Sequence record: SRR2962707_3286
Length of the DNA stretch: 41,433 nt
Reading direction: 5' to 3' (one strand)
The translations under genes were made by a program, and so were the position numbers. Of this stretch, positions 1-9,262 are shown one piece after another; position 1 is the first letter of the stretch; every line of letters starts with the position of its first letter. A model generated the notes under the pieces. That model was not told where the DNA came from and searched no databases. It saw only the letters and a list, made by a program, of their open reading frames with translations.

Positions 1-54
1 ATATTTGTTGATTGTCTTGGCTTTGGCCGGGGATTCGACAACGACGACGGGCAT
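1..54 (-). CDS. topA: DNA topoisomerase I, N-terminal 18 codons (gene runs off the window edge)
   Basis: Reverse complement of 54..1 translates to MPVVVVESPAKAKTINKY, the TOPRIM start motif of TopA; lies downstream of dprA as usual. Not in the ORF track. Confidence 0.93.
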   Translation of the reverse strand, partial: MPVVVVESPAKAKTINKY

Positions 55-100
55 GAAACGTGCACCTTTCGGGGAAAATCTATGGCTCGTATGGCGGGGC

Positions 101-130
101 AGCATGTGGGGTGCAAGCAGGAATTGTCAA
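101..130 (-). promoter_or_regulatory. Candidate topA promoter
   Basis: Minus strand TTGACA (130-125), 18-nt spacer, CATGCT (106-101), about 47 nt upstream of the topA ATG. Confidence 0.4.
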
Positions 131-579
131 TTCGATGTTCCCCGCTACCTGAGCGGCCGTCGGATTGAACTGTGCCCCCAAGAACCCTGAACTGGCATCA
201 CGGATTTCTTATTTCTACAATTATATCAACTTCTTACAGATAAATACAGGCTAACGCCTTGACCCTGCTAAGTGCCATTCGCGAAAATCCGCCGCGCGGA
301 CAGATGTGCCACACTCACAAAGGCCCGCACATTTGAAGCCGATGCAATGGTTAGCAAAATCATACTGTATCGAAGACAAGCATGCAGTGTTGCCGCATTG
401 CTGAATGCTGTATGTGCAGCAAGCGCTGCCAACTGCTAAACTTGCAGCGGCACAAGCGAGGGACAAGGTCCCTGGCAAAGGCGCAAAGCAGCCGGTGCGG
501 TATTCTCGGGCCTTCTATATCAACCTGTTCGAACTGCCACAGCCTGATTTGGCCCAGAGCCATAGTGTACCCCACGGCC

Positions 580-1734
580 CTAATCGACACGCGACAGCAG
601 CCCCCCCGACTGGCGAAGAATCCGCCCGTCCAGTTCAAGCTCGGTCAAGGCGGGCGATACGTCTCTTGATGGCGCGCCGACATCGCGGATCAGCTGATCC
701 TCAGCCAGCGGAGAGGGCCCGAGCCGCGCAAGGATCTGTTTGTGCAACAACGCCGTATCTTGCAGGCTGCGGCGGTCGGGCGGAGGAGTCTTCGGCGGAA
801 TAGGCAACTCGAACAGCGGCTGCGGGGTGGTCTTTTCGAACATAGGCAGCGCCTCGATCACATCCTCTGCATTGCGCACCAGCGTTGCGCCGTCTCGCAG
901 AAGCATGTTGCAACCTGCCGCACGTGCATCAAATGGGTGACCGGGCACCGCCATGACCTCGCGCCCCTGATCCAGTGCACATCGGGCCGTGATCAACGAA
1001 CCCGACTTTCCCGCCGCCTCGATCACCACTACCGCCCGGGCAAGGCCTGAAATGATGCGATTTCGCGCCGGAAAATGCCGCGCCTGGGGTTGCATTGCGA
1101 TGGCCATTTCACTGACCCGCAGCCCGCCCGCAGCAACAATATCTTCGCCTAGCTTGGCGTTTTCCGAAGGGTAAAGCACATCGACACCGCCCGCCATGAC
1201 AGCAACCGTTCCGTTGGAAAGGCTGGCAAAGTGCGCGACAGTGTCGATGCCGCGCGCCAACCCTGACACAACGACATATCCCTGATCGCCTAGGTCCGCC
1301 GCCAGCGACTTGGCCATACGCGTGCCTAATGACGACGCATTGCGTGCACCTACCATTGCCACCATTGGCCGTTCTAAAACAGAAGGGTCACCGGTGACCC
1401 ACAACATCGGCGGCGCATCGGACAAATCGCACAGCGCCGAAGGATACAATGCCTCGCCCCGGCAGATCAGTCGCGCACGTGCATGTCGCGCGGCCTTCAT
1501 CTCGGCATGCACAACGCCTTCGGGGCATATGGAGTAGCCAACAACGCCGGCCTCAGCGGCGATCTGGGGCAGCGCGGCAAGCGCCGCCGCAGCAGAGCCA
1601 TGTTCGGCCATCATGCGATAAAAAGTAGATATGCCAACCCGGCGCGAGCGCAAGAGACGGAGCCAATCAAACCGATCGTCTTCCGTGGTGGGTGGGAGTA
1701 GGGGGTGAGTGGAAGAGAGGGTATCTTCGGTCAT
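580..1734 (-). CDS. dprA: DNA-processing protein DprA (Smf)
   Basis: Motifs VGARNAS, VSGLARGIDT, FPARNRIISGL, SGSLITA; C-terminal winged-helix (LTELELDG). Start placed at ATG 1734 (MTEDT), with GGAG upstream, rather than at GTG 1770. Confidence 0.96.
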   Translation of the reverse strand: MTEDTLSSTHPLLPPTTEDDRFDWLRLLRSRRVGISTFYRMMAEHGSAAAALAALPQIAAEAGVVGYSICPEGVVHAEMKAARHARARLICRGEALYPSALCDLSDAPPMLWVTGDPSVLERPMVAMVGARNASSLGTRMAKSLAADLGDQGYVVVSGLARGIDTVAHFASLSNGTVAVMAGGVDVLYPSENAKLGEDIVAAGGLRVSEMAIAMQPQARHFPARNRIISGLARAVVVIEAAGKSGSLITARCALDQGREVMAVPGHPFDARAAGCNMLLRDGATLVRNAEDVIEALPMFEKTTPQPLFELPIPPKTPPPDRRSLQDTALLHKQILARLGPSPLAEDQLIRDVGAPSRDVSPALTELELDGRILRQSGGLLSRVD

Positions 1735-1774
1735 CCTAGCTCCGTCGCTTGCTGATTCTTGATAGCGCACGATT

Positions 1775-1791
1775 GGTTAATGGATGATGAA
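1775..1791 (-). promoter_or_regulatory. Near-consensus CtrA box upstream of dprA
   Basis: Minus strand TTCA-TCATCCA-TTAACC versus consensus TTAA-N7-TTAAC (one mismatch), followed by GCTATC. Confidence 0.55.
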
Positions 1792-1844
1792 AGTTCCCTT
1801 GCGGCACCTGTATATATCCCCGCCAGCGCGGGGGCGGAACCGCC

Positions 1845-3266
1845 TCAGTTTTGTGCACCGCCCACGGTTAGACCGCCGATCATCACCGTCGGTTGGCCGA
1901 CACCGACCGGCACCCACTGACCCTGCTTGCCACAGTTGCCCATACCCGGATCAAGCGCCATATCATTGCCCAAAGCGCGGATCTGCTGCAATGCCGTCGC
2001 GCCGTCACCGATCAGGGTAGCGCCCTTGACCGGCGCTCCGACCTTGCCGTTCTTGACGCGGTAGGCCTCGGTGCAGGAAAAGACGAACTTACCATTGGTG
2101 ATATCCACCTGCCCACCGCCAAAACCGACGGCATAGATCCCGTCCTTGAGGTCGGCCACGATGTCGGCAGGCGCAACATCCCCGCCAAGCATGTAGGTAT
2201 TGGTCATTCGTGGCATAGGCGTGTGTGCATAGGATTCGCGCCGCCCATTGCCGGTGGGTGCAACGCCCATCAGTCGTGCGTTCTGGCGGTCCTGCATATA
2301 GCCGACCAGAATACCATCCTCGATCAGTACGTTCTTGCCGCTGGGTGTGCCTTCGTCGTCCACGGTGATGGACCCACGTCGGTGCGGGATCGTGCCATCA
2401 TCAAGAACTGTCACCCCGCGCGACGCCACTTGCTGCCCCATAAGACCAGCAAAGGCCGAACTGCCCTTACGGTTGAAATCCCCCTCAAGCCCATGGCCCA
2501 CAGCCTCGTGCAGCAATATACCGGGCCATCCCGGCCCGAGCACGATGTCCATCACACCCGCAGGGGCCGATTCGGCGCGCAGGTTCACGACGGCAACGCG
2601 CAGCGCCTCGCGCGCCTTGGCTTGCCAATCGACAGGGTCCAGCAACCCGTCCAGCAATACGCGTCCGCCCCCCCCTGCGGTACCCGCCTCGCGGCGCCCT
2701 TGATCTTCGACAATGACGGAAACGTTGACGCGTGTCATCGGACGCGTGTCAGTGACCAGCGTGCCGTCGGCACGCAAGATTGCAACCTCTTGTAACGACG
2801 CGGCAATCGTTGCCGTCACTTGCACCACGCGGGGATCAAGGTCGCGCGCAAAAGCGTCGATCTCCCGCAGCGTCTCAACCTTGACAGAAAATCCATGCCC
2901 CGCGATCGGGTCGGCATCTGTATAAAGTACGGTATTGGTACGCTGCGGGGCGTCCGCCAGTGTGCCGCCGCCGTCGCCAACGGCTAGACGGGCCGTTTCA
3001 GATGCCCGCAGAATCGCAGATTCGCTGATGTCGGTCGAATGCGCGTATCCTGCAACCTCGCCGCGTACGGCGCGCAGGCCAAATCCCTCGGACGCATCGT
3101 AGCTGGCCGTTTTGATCCGCCCGTCGTCGAAAACCAGCACCTCGGACCGGTTGCGTTCCAGAAACAATTCCCCGTCATCAGCCCCGGAAAGTGCATTGCG
3201 CAGCTGGGACAGCGTGTTTTTCTGGTCTAGCGCGGTCTCAAAAGGGCGAAAGGGGGCGTCATTCAT
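1845..3266 (-). CDS. tldD: Metalloprotease TldD
   Basis: Motifs LHEAVGHGLEGDFNRKG, PRMTNTYM, GNCGKQGQWVPVGVGQP. Start placed at ATG 3266 (MNDAPFRPF). Confidence 0.96.
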   Translation of the reverse strand: MNDAPFRPFETALDQKNTLSQLRNALSGADDGELFLERNRSEVLVFDDGRIKTASYDASEGFGLRAVRGEVAGYAHSTDISESAILRASETARLAVGDGGGTLADAPQRTNTVLYTDADPIAGHGFSVKVETLREIDAFARDLDPRVVQVTATIAASLQEVAILRADGTLVTDTRPMTRVNVSVIVEDQGRREAGTAGGGGRVLLDGLLDPVDWQAKAREALRVAVVNLRAESAPAGVMDIVLGPGWPGILLHEAVGHGLEGDFNRKGSSAFAGLMGQQVASRGVTVLDDGTIPHRRGSITVDDEGTPSGKNVLIEDGILVGYMQDRQNARLMGVAPTGNGRRESYAHTPMPRMTNTYMLGGDVAPADIVADLKDGIYAVGFGGGQVDITNGKFVFSCTEAYRVKNGKVGAPVKGATLIGDGATALQQIRALGNDMALDPGMGNCGKQGQWVPVGVGQPTVMIGGLTVGGAQN

Positions 3267-3319
3267 GGGGCATTCCTGTATGGAGGTCACTGTCGCAGCC
3301 AGAGCGCAAAAGAAAGAAA

Positions 3320-3334
3320 GCGTCTGTTTGCCGC
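3320..3334. promoter_or_regulatory. Candidate RegA/PrrA box in the tldD-ctaC divergent region
   Basis: GCGTC-TGTTT-GCCGC versus the RegR/RegA-type GCGAC-N5-GCCGC. Confidence 0.35.
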
Positions 3335-3474
3335 AAGCAACATTCTTTATCTACTCGCAAGAATATGGTTTTAAGCAGCGACAACACAATGGGCTATGCC
3401 GGTTCGAAGCCATTGATTGGCACCGCGCACACCGTCCGCGACAGATGATGATACACAACCGATCAGGGTGACAC

Positions 3475-4359
3475 ATGCGAATTAAAACGATGCTGGCGGG
3501 TCTTGCCGCTGCCCTCACCGCCGGACCGGCACTGGCTCAGGACGGGCTCGAGACTGTTGGCCACCCCAAGGACGGCGTGATGGGCTTTCAGCCCGCCGCC
3601 ACCGAGCTGGCGCGTGACATTCATTGGCTGGATGGCATGATCAACATCATCATGTTCGCCATCGTGATCTTCGTCACCGGTTTGCTGATCTATTGCATGG
3701 TGCGCTACAACCGGAAATCGAACCCCACGGCGGCCGCTTTCACCCACCACACCCCGATTGAGATTGCCTGGACCCTTGTCCCGATCCTCATCCTTGTGTT
3801 CATCGGAGCCTTTTCGTTGCCTGTTTTGTTCAAGCAACAGGAAATTCCCGCCGCCGACATCACAATCAAGGTGACCGGATACCAGTGGTACTGGGGCTAT
3901 GAATACGTCGACAACGACTTTGCGTTCGACAGTTATCTGATTGGATCTCCTGCGACGGGTGGCGACAACCGCTTTACCCCCGAAGTTGAGCAGCAGCTTA
4001 TCGATGCTGGCTATACCAAGGATGACTGGCTTCTCGCGACGGACACCGCCGTCGTCGTGCCGGTCAACAAAACCATCGTGATGCAGCTGACCGGCGGCGA
4101 CGTGATCCACTCCTGGACCATTCCGGCCTTTGGGGTAAAGCAGGACGCGGTGCCTGGCCGTCTGGCGGAACTTTGGTTCAAAGCCGAGCAGGAAGGCATT
4201 TACTTCGGTCAGTGCTCTGAACTTTGCGGCCTGAGCCATGCCTACATGCCGATCACGGTCAAGGTTGTCAGCCAAGAGGCCTATGACGAATGGCTGCAAG
4301 GAGCGATCGAGGAATACGCCGGAACGCCCACTGGATATGATATAGCGCTGGCCGAATAA
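3475..4359 (+). CDS. ctaC: Cytochrome c oxidase (aa3) subunit II
   Basis: Signal peptide, two TM helices, [16 protein letters not shown], CuA motif [12 protein letters not shown]. Confidence 0.97.
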   Translation: MRIKTMLAGLAAALTAGPALAQDGLETVGHPKDGVMGFQPAATELARDIHWLDGMINIIMFAIVIFVTGLLIYCMVRYNRKSNPTAAAFTHHTPIEIAWTLVPILILVFIGAFSLPVLFKQQEIPAADITIKVTGYQWYWGYEYVDNDFAFDSYLIGSPATGGDNRFTPEVEQQLIDAGYTKDDWLLATDTAVVVPVNKTIVMQLTGGDVIHSWTIPAFGVKQDAVPGRLAELWFKAEQEGIYFGQCSELCGLSHAYMPITVKVVSQEAYDEWLQGAIEEYAGTPTGYDIALAE

Positions 4360-4368
4360 GCGACATTA

Positions 4369-4401
4369 GGCGGGGCGCCATTGGGCGCCCTGCCCCCTTT
4401 T
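4369..4401 (+). terminator. GC-rich hairpin plus short pyrimidine/U tract between ctaC and ctaB
   Basis: GGCGGGGCGCC-ATTG-GGCGCCCTGCC (one G-U pair) followed by CCCTTTT. Confidence 0.5.
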
Positions 4402-4455
4402 CCAGTCCGAGACTGTTTCGAATAGCCCGGATTAGATCAGCAAGGAAGACACGGC

Positions 4456-5412
4456 ATGAGCGATGCGAGCATTAACAGCCCGGAATTCACGGGTCAGGGG
4501 TATGAAGGCGAAGCGCAATTCGGCGACTACTTCTCCCTGCTAAAGCCTCGCGTGATGACGCTTGTCGTCTTTACCGCAGCTGTTGGTCTGTTTGCCGCGC
4601 CCGTGCCGGTGCATCCGTTTGTGGCGTTCTGCGCAATCTTGTTCATCGCCGTGGGCGGGGGCGCGTCGGGTGCCTTGAACATGTGGTGGGATGCGGACAT
4701 CGATGCCGTGATGAAGCGTACGGCCCGCCGCCCGATTCCCGCAGGCAAGGTGACTGGGGACGAGGCGCTGGCCTTTGGTCTTACCCTCTCTGGCTTTTCC
4801 GTGGTGTTCCTTGGCCTCGCGTCAAACTGGTTCGCAGCCAGTCTGCTGGCTTTTACGATTTTCTTCTATGTCGTCATCTACACCATGTGGCTCAAACGCT
4901 GGACACCCCAAAACATTGTAATCGGCGGTGCGGCTGGCGCGTTTCCACCGATGATCGGCTGGGCCGTGGCAACCGGCGGAATCAGCGTGGAATCGGTGCT
5001 GATGTTCTGCCTGACTTTCATGTGGACGCCACCGCATTTCTGGGCTCTGGCGCTGTTCATGCGCAAGGATTACGACAATGCTGGCGTGCCGATGCTGACG
5101 GTGACGCATGGGCGGCGCACGACGCGCAATCACATCCTGGTTTACACTGTGCTGCTGGCCACCTTGGCAATTGCAACCGCATTTACCAGTGTCGGCGGCC
5201 CGGTCTATCTGGCGGTTGCAATGGTGCTGAACGCACTGTTCCTCAAAGGTGCTTATGATATCTGGCGCCGGGATGAAGATGTTTGCGAAACCGACAACTT
5301 CAGCGTTGAAAGAAGGTTCTTCAAACTGTCCCTGCTCTACCTTTTCGCGCATTTCGGTGCGATCCTGATAGAAGCGGTCCTGACGCGCTTTGGCATGGGG
5401 GGATGGGGATGA
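4456..5412 (+). CDS. ctaB: Protoheme IX farnesyltransferase (heme o synthase)
   Basis: Motifs LLKPRVM, DADIDAVMKRTARRP, QNIVIGGAAGAFPP, WTPPHFWAL. Confidence 0.97.
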   Translation: MSDASINSPEFTGQGYEGEAQFGDYFSLLKPRVMTLVVFTAAVGLFAAPVPVHPFVAFCAILFIAVGGGASGALNMWWDADIDAVMKRTARRPIPAGKVTGDEALAFGLTLSGFSVVFLGLASNWFAASLLAFTIFFYVVIYTMWLKRWTPQNIVIGGAAGAFPPMIGWAVATGGISVESVLMFCLTFMWTPPHFWALALFMRKDYDNAGVPMLTVTHGRRTTRNHILVYTVLLATLAIATAFTSVGGPVYLAVAMVLNALFLKGAYDIWRRDEDVCETDNFSVERRFFKLSLLYLFAHFGAILIEAVLTRFGMGGWG

Positions 5413-5582
5413 GCCTGAACAAGCAACATGAGATTCACACACGACGGTTCGGGCGAAACCTGGGCTTGGGTCTGACGCTGGGCGCGTTCATCGCAATCAT
5501 CTTTGGTTTGACCGTCGTCAAGGTGTCGCGCGGCGACTATGAGCCGGCCCGGGCACCCACAGCCGTGGGGGCAACGCAGTAA
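5409..5582 (+). CDS. 57-aa single-TM small protein of the cta operon
   Basis: MSLNKQHEIHTRRFGRNLGLGLTLGAFIAIIFGLTVVKVSRGDYEPARAPTAVGATQ; ATGA overlap with the ctaB stop and TAATG overlap with the ctaG start. Not in the ORF track. Confidence 0.85.
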   Translation: MSLNKQHEIHTRRFGRNLGLGLTLGAFIAIIFGLTVVKVSRGDYEPARAPTAVGATQ

Positions 5583-6166
5583 TGGCAATGGATCCCAAAA
5601 ACCGGACCGTAATCGCGTTGGTGGGCGTGGTGATCACCATGGGCGCGCTGGCCTGGGCATCTGTCCCCTTTTACAACTGGTTCTGCAGGGTTACTGGATT
5701 CGGCGGCGTCACCCAGGTGGCAGAGGTCAGCAGCGATCACATCCTTGATCGCAAGATGATCATCCGATTCGATGGCACCACCGACAGTGGAATGCCGTGG
5801 GAATTCAAACCCGTGGTGCGCACGATGGAGCTAAACATCGGGGCAGATGGGTTGGCTTACTTCGAAGCGTATAACCCCACCGATCACCCCATCGCTGGTC
5901 AGGCCGCCTATAACGTCACCCCGTATGAGGCCGGCGGATACTTTAACAAGGTCCAGTGTTTCTGCTTTACCGAACAGGTCCTGATGCCTGGCGAACGTGT
6001 ACAGATGCCGGTAAATTTTTTCGTCGATCCCGCGATTGTAGAAGATAACGATGCCAAGTACATCCATCAGATCACGCTATCTTATACCTTCTACCAGATT
6101 GACCTGCCCGAGGATGTTCAGGCCTCCTGGGATTCAGATCACACAAAGACAACAAACGTAAACTAA
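5582..6166 (+). CDS. ctaG: Cytochrome c oxidase assembly copper chaperone CtaG/Cox11
   Basis: [15 protein letters not shown] and the copper motif KVQCFCF. Confidence 0.96.
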   Translation: MAMDPKNRTVIALVGVVITMGALAWASVPFYNWFCRVTGFGGVTQVAEVSSDHILDRKMIIRFDGTTDSGMPWEFKPVVRTMELNIGADGLAYFEAYNPTDHPIAGQAAYNVTPYEAGGYFNKVQCFCFTEQVLMPGERVQMPVNFFVDPAIVEDNDAKYIHQITLSYTFYQIDLPEDVQASWDSDHTKTTNVN

Positions 6167-6191
6167 CGCCTTCCACAACGAGGGAACCCTA

Positions 6192-6992
6192 ATGGCGCAT
6201 GCAAAAAACCACGATTACCACATTCTGAGCCCCTCTGCCTGGCCGTTGATCGGTTCGGTGAGCGGATTTGTGATGCTCTTTGGGGCGGCACTTTGGATGC
6301 ACGACCACGGTCCATGGGCCTTCCTCGTTGGGCTGATCGCCGTGCTATACACAATGTTCGGATGGTGGTCCGAAGTCGTAAACGAAAGCCATGTGGGTGA
6401 TCACACGCCGGTGGTTGAGATAGGGCTGAAATACGGCTTCATCCTGTTCATTATGTCCGAAGTGATGTTCTTCTTCGCCTGGTTTTGGTCCTTTTTCAAA
6501 AGTGCGCTTTATCCGATGGGACCCGACAGTCCGGCTATTGACGGCGTCTGGCCGCCGGTCGGCATCGAAACCTTCGATGCGTGGCACCTGCCGTTGATCA
6601 ACACGCTCATCCTGCTTTGCTCGGGCGCTGCGGCGACATGGGCGCATCATGCGCTTGTCCATGAAAACAACCGCAAGGACATGAAAAACGGCCTGATCAT
6701 CGCCATCGTTCTGGGCCTGATTTTCACCTTCTTCCAGGCCTATGAATACAGCCACGCTGCCTTTGGGTTTTCGGGCAACATCTATGGCGCCAACTTCTTT
6801 ATGGCGACTGGCTTTCACGGCGCTCATGTCATCATCGGGACGATCTTCCTGTTCATCTGCCTGCTTCGGCTGATGAAAGGGCACTTCACCCCGCAAAAGC
6901 ATGTCGGATTCGAGGCGGCTGCTTGGTATTGGCACTTCGTCGACGTCGTATGGCTCTTCCTCTTTGCTGCGGTATACGTCTGGGGCGGCTGA
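6192..6992 (+). CDS. ctaE: Cytochrome c oxidase subunit III
   Basis: [10 protein letters not shown] start, [25 protein letters not shown]. Confidence 0.97.
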   Translation: MAHAKNHDYHILSPSAWPLIGSVSGFVMLFGAALWMHDHGPWAFLVGLIAVLYTMFGWWSEVVNESHVGDHTPVVEIGLKYGFILFIMSEVMFFFAWFWSFFKSALYPMGPDSPAIDGVWPPVGIETFDAWHLPLINTLILLCSGAAATWAHHALVHENNRKDMKNGLIIAIVLGLIFTFFQAYEYSHAAFGFSGNIYGANFFMATGFHGAHVIIGTIFLFICLLRLMKGHFTPQKHVGFEAAAWYWHFVDVVWLFLFAAVYVWGG

Positions 6993-7014
6993 CACAGTCT
7001 TGACTGACGCTTGC

Positions 7015-7046
7015 AAACGCCCGCTTCTGGCGGGCGTTTCGCTTTT
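7015..7046 (+). terminator. Intrinsic terminator after ctaE
   Basis: 10-bp stem AAACGCCCGC-TTCTG-GCGGGCGTTT followed by CGCTTTT. Confidence 0.7.
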
Positions 7047-7190
7047 CCCGGCTCAGGCTTTTGGATCGCTGGTCATTGTTCGAATGAAACGCCATCAACT
7101 GGCCTTTCAGGCCGTATTGCGGTTGAAGACGGCGGCCAAGGCTGGATAAGTCGACCAGACACCCTGCCGTGACGAAAGGTCTAAGGTTTC

Positions 7191-7874
7191 GTGAAACGTA
7201 TCATCGCCCCGCTGCTGTTCGGTCTGATTGGCGCCGCGATTCTGTTGGCCCTCGGCCAGTGGCAGCTACAGCGCCTGGAATGGAAACAGAGCGTACTAGC
7301 CGAGATCGAAAACCGTATCGGAGGAGATCCACTCCCCCTGCCGTTGCCGACACAGGGCGATCCGGCGCGGGACAAATATCAACCGGTGAACCTGAGTGGC
7401 GAAATCCTGCCCCAGGAGCTGTACGTGCTGGTGTCGGTCAAACAAGTCGGCGCGGGATACCGGATCATATCCCCCCTCGTGACCGGTGGGCGGCGCATTC
7501 TGCTGGATCGTGGTTTCATTCCTGTCGAGGACGTGGGGCTGAAACGGCGCGGCGGCGCGGTCGACGTGCAGGGCAATCTGCACTGGCCTGACGATCGCAA
7601 CTCCTCGACCCCGAATAATGACGTGACTGGTAACATCTGGTTTGCACGTGACATAGTGCAGATGGCCGAGGTTCTAGACACGGAACCGCTGCTGATCATC
7701 GCGCGGGATGTATCGCCCGCAGACCTTGGCGTGACGCCCCTGCCGGTGGACACCAGCGGAATTCCAAACGATCACTTGCAGTACGCGATCACCTGGTTCT
7801 CGCTTGCGCTGGTCTGGATAGCCATGACAATCGGCTATATCTGGCGCCAGCGGCATCCACAGAAAGACACGTAA
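7191..7874 (+). CDS. surf1: SURF1/Shy1 family oxidase assembly protein
   Basis: LGQWQLQRLEWK, LDRGF, NDHLQYAITWF; TM helices at both ends; follows ctaE. Confidence 0.94.
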   Translation: MKRIIAPLLFGLIGAAILLALGQWQLQRLEWKQSVLAEIENRIGGDPLPLPLPTQGDPARDKYQPVNLSGEILPQELYVLVSVKQVGAGYRIISPLVTGGRRILLDRGFIPVEDVGLKRRGGAVDVQGNLHWPDDRNSSTPNNDVTGNIWFARDIVQMAEVLDTEPLLIIARDVSPADLGVTPLPVDTSGIPNDHLQYAITWFSLALVWIAMTIGYIWRQRHPQKDT

Positions 7875-9262
7875 TGAAATACATATCGACTCGGGGCAAA
7901 GCCCCCGCCCTGTCCTTTGAAGACGCCATGTTGAGCGGGCTGGCCCGCGACGGCGGTCTATATGTGCCGGACAGCATTCCACAAATGTCAGCGGGTGACA
8001 TTCGTGCGCTGCATGGCCTGCCCTACGAAGAGGTAGCATTTCGTGTGATGCGTCCCTTTGTGGGCGACGGGTTCACGGATGAGGTTTTTGCAGATCTGAT
8101 TGCCAAAGCCTATGCCGGGTTTGGGCACGGCGCACGCGCGCCGCTGGTACAGTTGGCGCCGGGCCATTTCCTGTTAGAGCTTTTCCACGGCCCGACGCTG
8201 GCCTTCAAGGATTTCGCCATGCAACTGATTGGCCAGTTGTTTGATGAGGCGCTGACCCGCCGTGGCGAACGAGTGACCATTGTCGGTGCAACCTCTGGTG
8301 ACACCGGATCGGCGGCGATCGAAGCGTTCCGGGGGTTGGATTCCGTGGATGTCTTCATCCTCTATCCCCATGGACGCGTGTCCGAGGTACAACGCCGCCA
8401 GATGACCACACCGGTGGAATCAAACGTGCATGCCATCGCAATGGACGGGCATTTCGACGACTGTCAGGCCCGGCTAAAGGATATGTTCAACGACTTTGAA
8501 TTCCGCGACGGGGTCCGTCTGGCCGGGGTCAACAGCATCAACTGGGCGCGGGTTCTGGCGCAGGTCGTTTATTACTTCTCGTCCGCTGTCAGCCTGGGCG
8601 CGCCAGACCGCAAGGTCAGCTTTACAGTACCAACTGGCAATTTCGGCGACATCTTTGCCGGCTATATCGCCAAAAAGATGGGCCTGCCAATCGACCGGCT
8701 GGTGGTCGCCACGAACCAAAACGATATCCTCCACCGCTGCCTTTCCACCGGCGGCTATCTGACCGATACGGTGACGCCGTCGATCAGCCCCTCCATGGAC
8801 ATTCAGGTGAGCTCGAACTTCGAACGCGCGTTGTTTGATGCGTACGGGCGCGATGGCAGGGCGGTCGCGCAACTGATGGATGAATTGAAGGCCGGTGGAT
8901 TCAACGTGAGCCAGGGGGCGTTACAGGCCCTGCGCGAACATTTTGATTCGGGCCGGGTCAGCGAAGAGGAAACGCTGGCCACGATCCGCGAGGCACATGC
9001 AACGATGGGCGAACTCCTCTGCCCCCATTCCGCCGTCGGCGTCCGCGTCGCCGAGACGCAGCGTGATCCTCACACGCCGATGATCACACTGGCCACCGCC
9101 CATCCGGCCAAGTTCCCCGACGCGGTCGAGAAGGCCAGCGGTATCCGCCCCCCCCTTCCCGAACGCATGGCAGATCTTTATGACCGACCCGAGCGTGTAA
9201 CCCGCGCCACAAACAACCTTGCTGACCTGCAAACCCTGATCAAGGAGCGCATCCTCTCGTGA
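7874..9262 (+). CDS. thrC: Threonine synthase
   Basis: MKYISTRG, PLP-lysine motif FHGPTLAFKD, GATSGDTG, PTGNFG, TAHPAKF. Confidence 0.97.
   Translation: MKYISTRGKAPALSFEDAMLSGLARDGGLYVPDSIPQMSAGDIRALHGLPYEEVAFRVMRPFVGDGFTDEVFADLIAKAYAGFGHGARAPLVQLAPGHFLLELFHGPTLAFKDFAMQLIGQLFDEALTRRGERVTIVGATSGDTGSAAIEAFRGLDSVDVFILYPHGRVSEVQRRQMTTPVESNVHAIAMDGHFDDCQARLKDMFNDFEFRDGVRLAGVNSINWARVLAQVVYYFSSAVSLGAPDRKVSFTVPTGNFGDIFAGYIAKKMGLPIDRLVVATNQNDILHRCLSTGGYLTDTVTPSISPSMDIQVSSNFERALFDAYGRDGRAVAQLMDELKAGGFNVSQGALQALREHFDSGRVSEEETLATIREAHATMGELLCPHSAVGVRVAETQRDPHTPMITLATAHPAKFPDAVEKASGIRPPLPERMADLYDRPERVTRATNNLADLQTLIKERILS

Noticed and set aside
251..669. Cys-rich small ORFs 251..478 (-) and 382..669 (+) as RiPP or metallothionein candidates
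   Set aside because: No convincing RBS, no modifying enzymes nearby, Cys-rich on both strands because of TGC/GCA-dense DNA, and one overlaps dprA.
3475..6992. No subunit I (ctaD) in the oxidase operon and no tldE/pmbA next to tldD
   Set aside because: Separate location of these genes is normal in Rhodobacterales.
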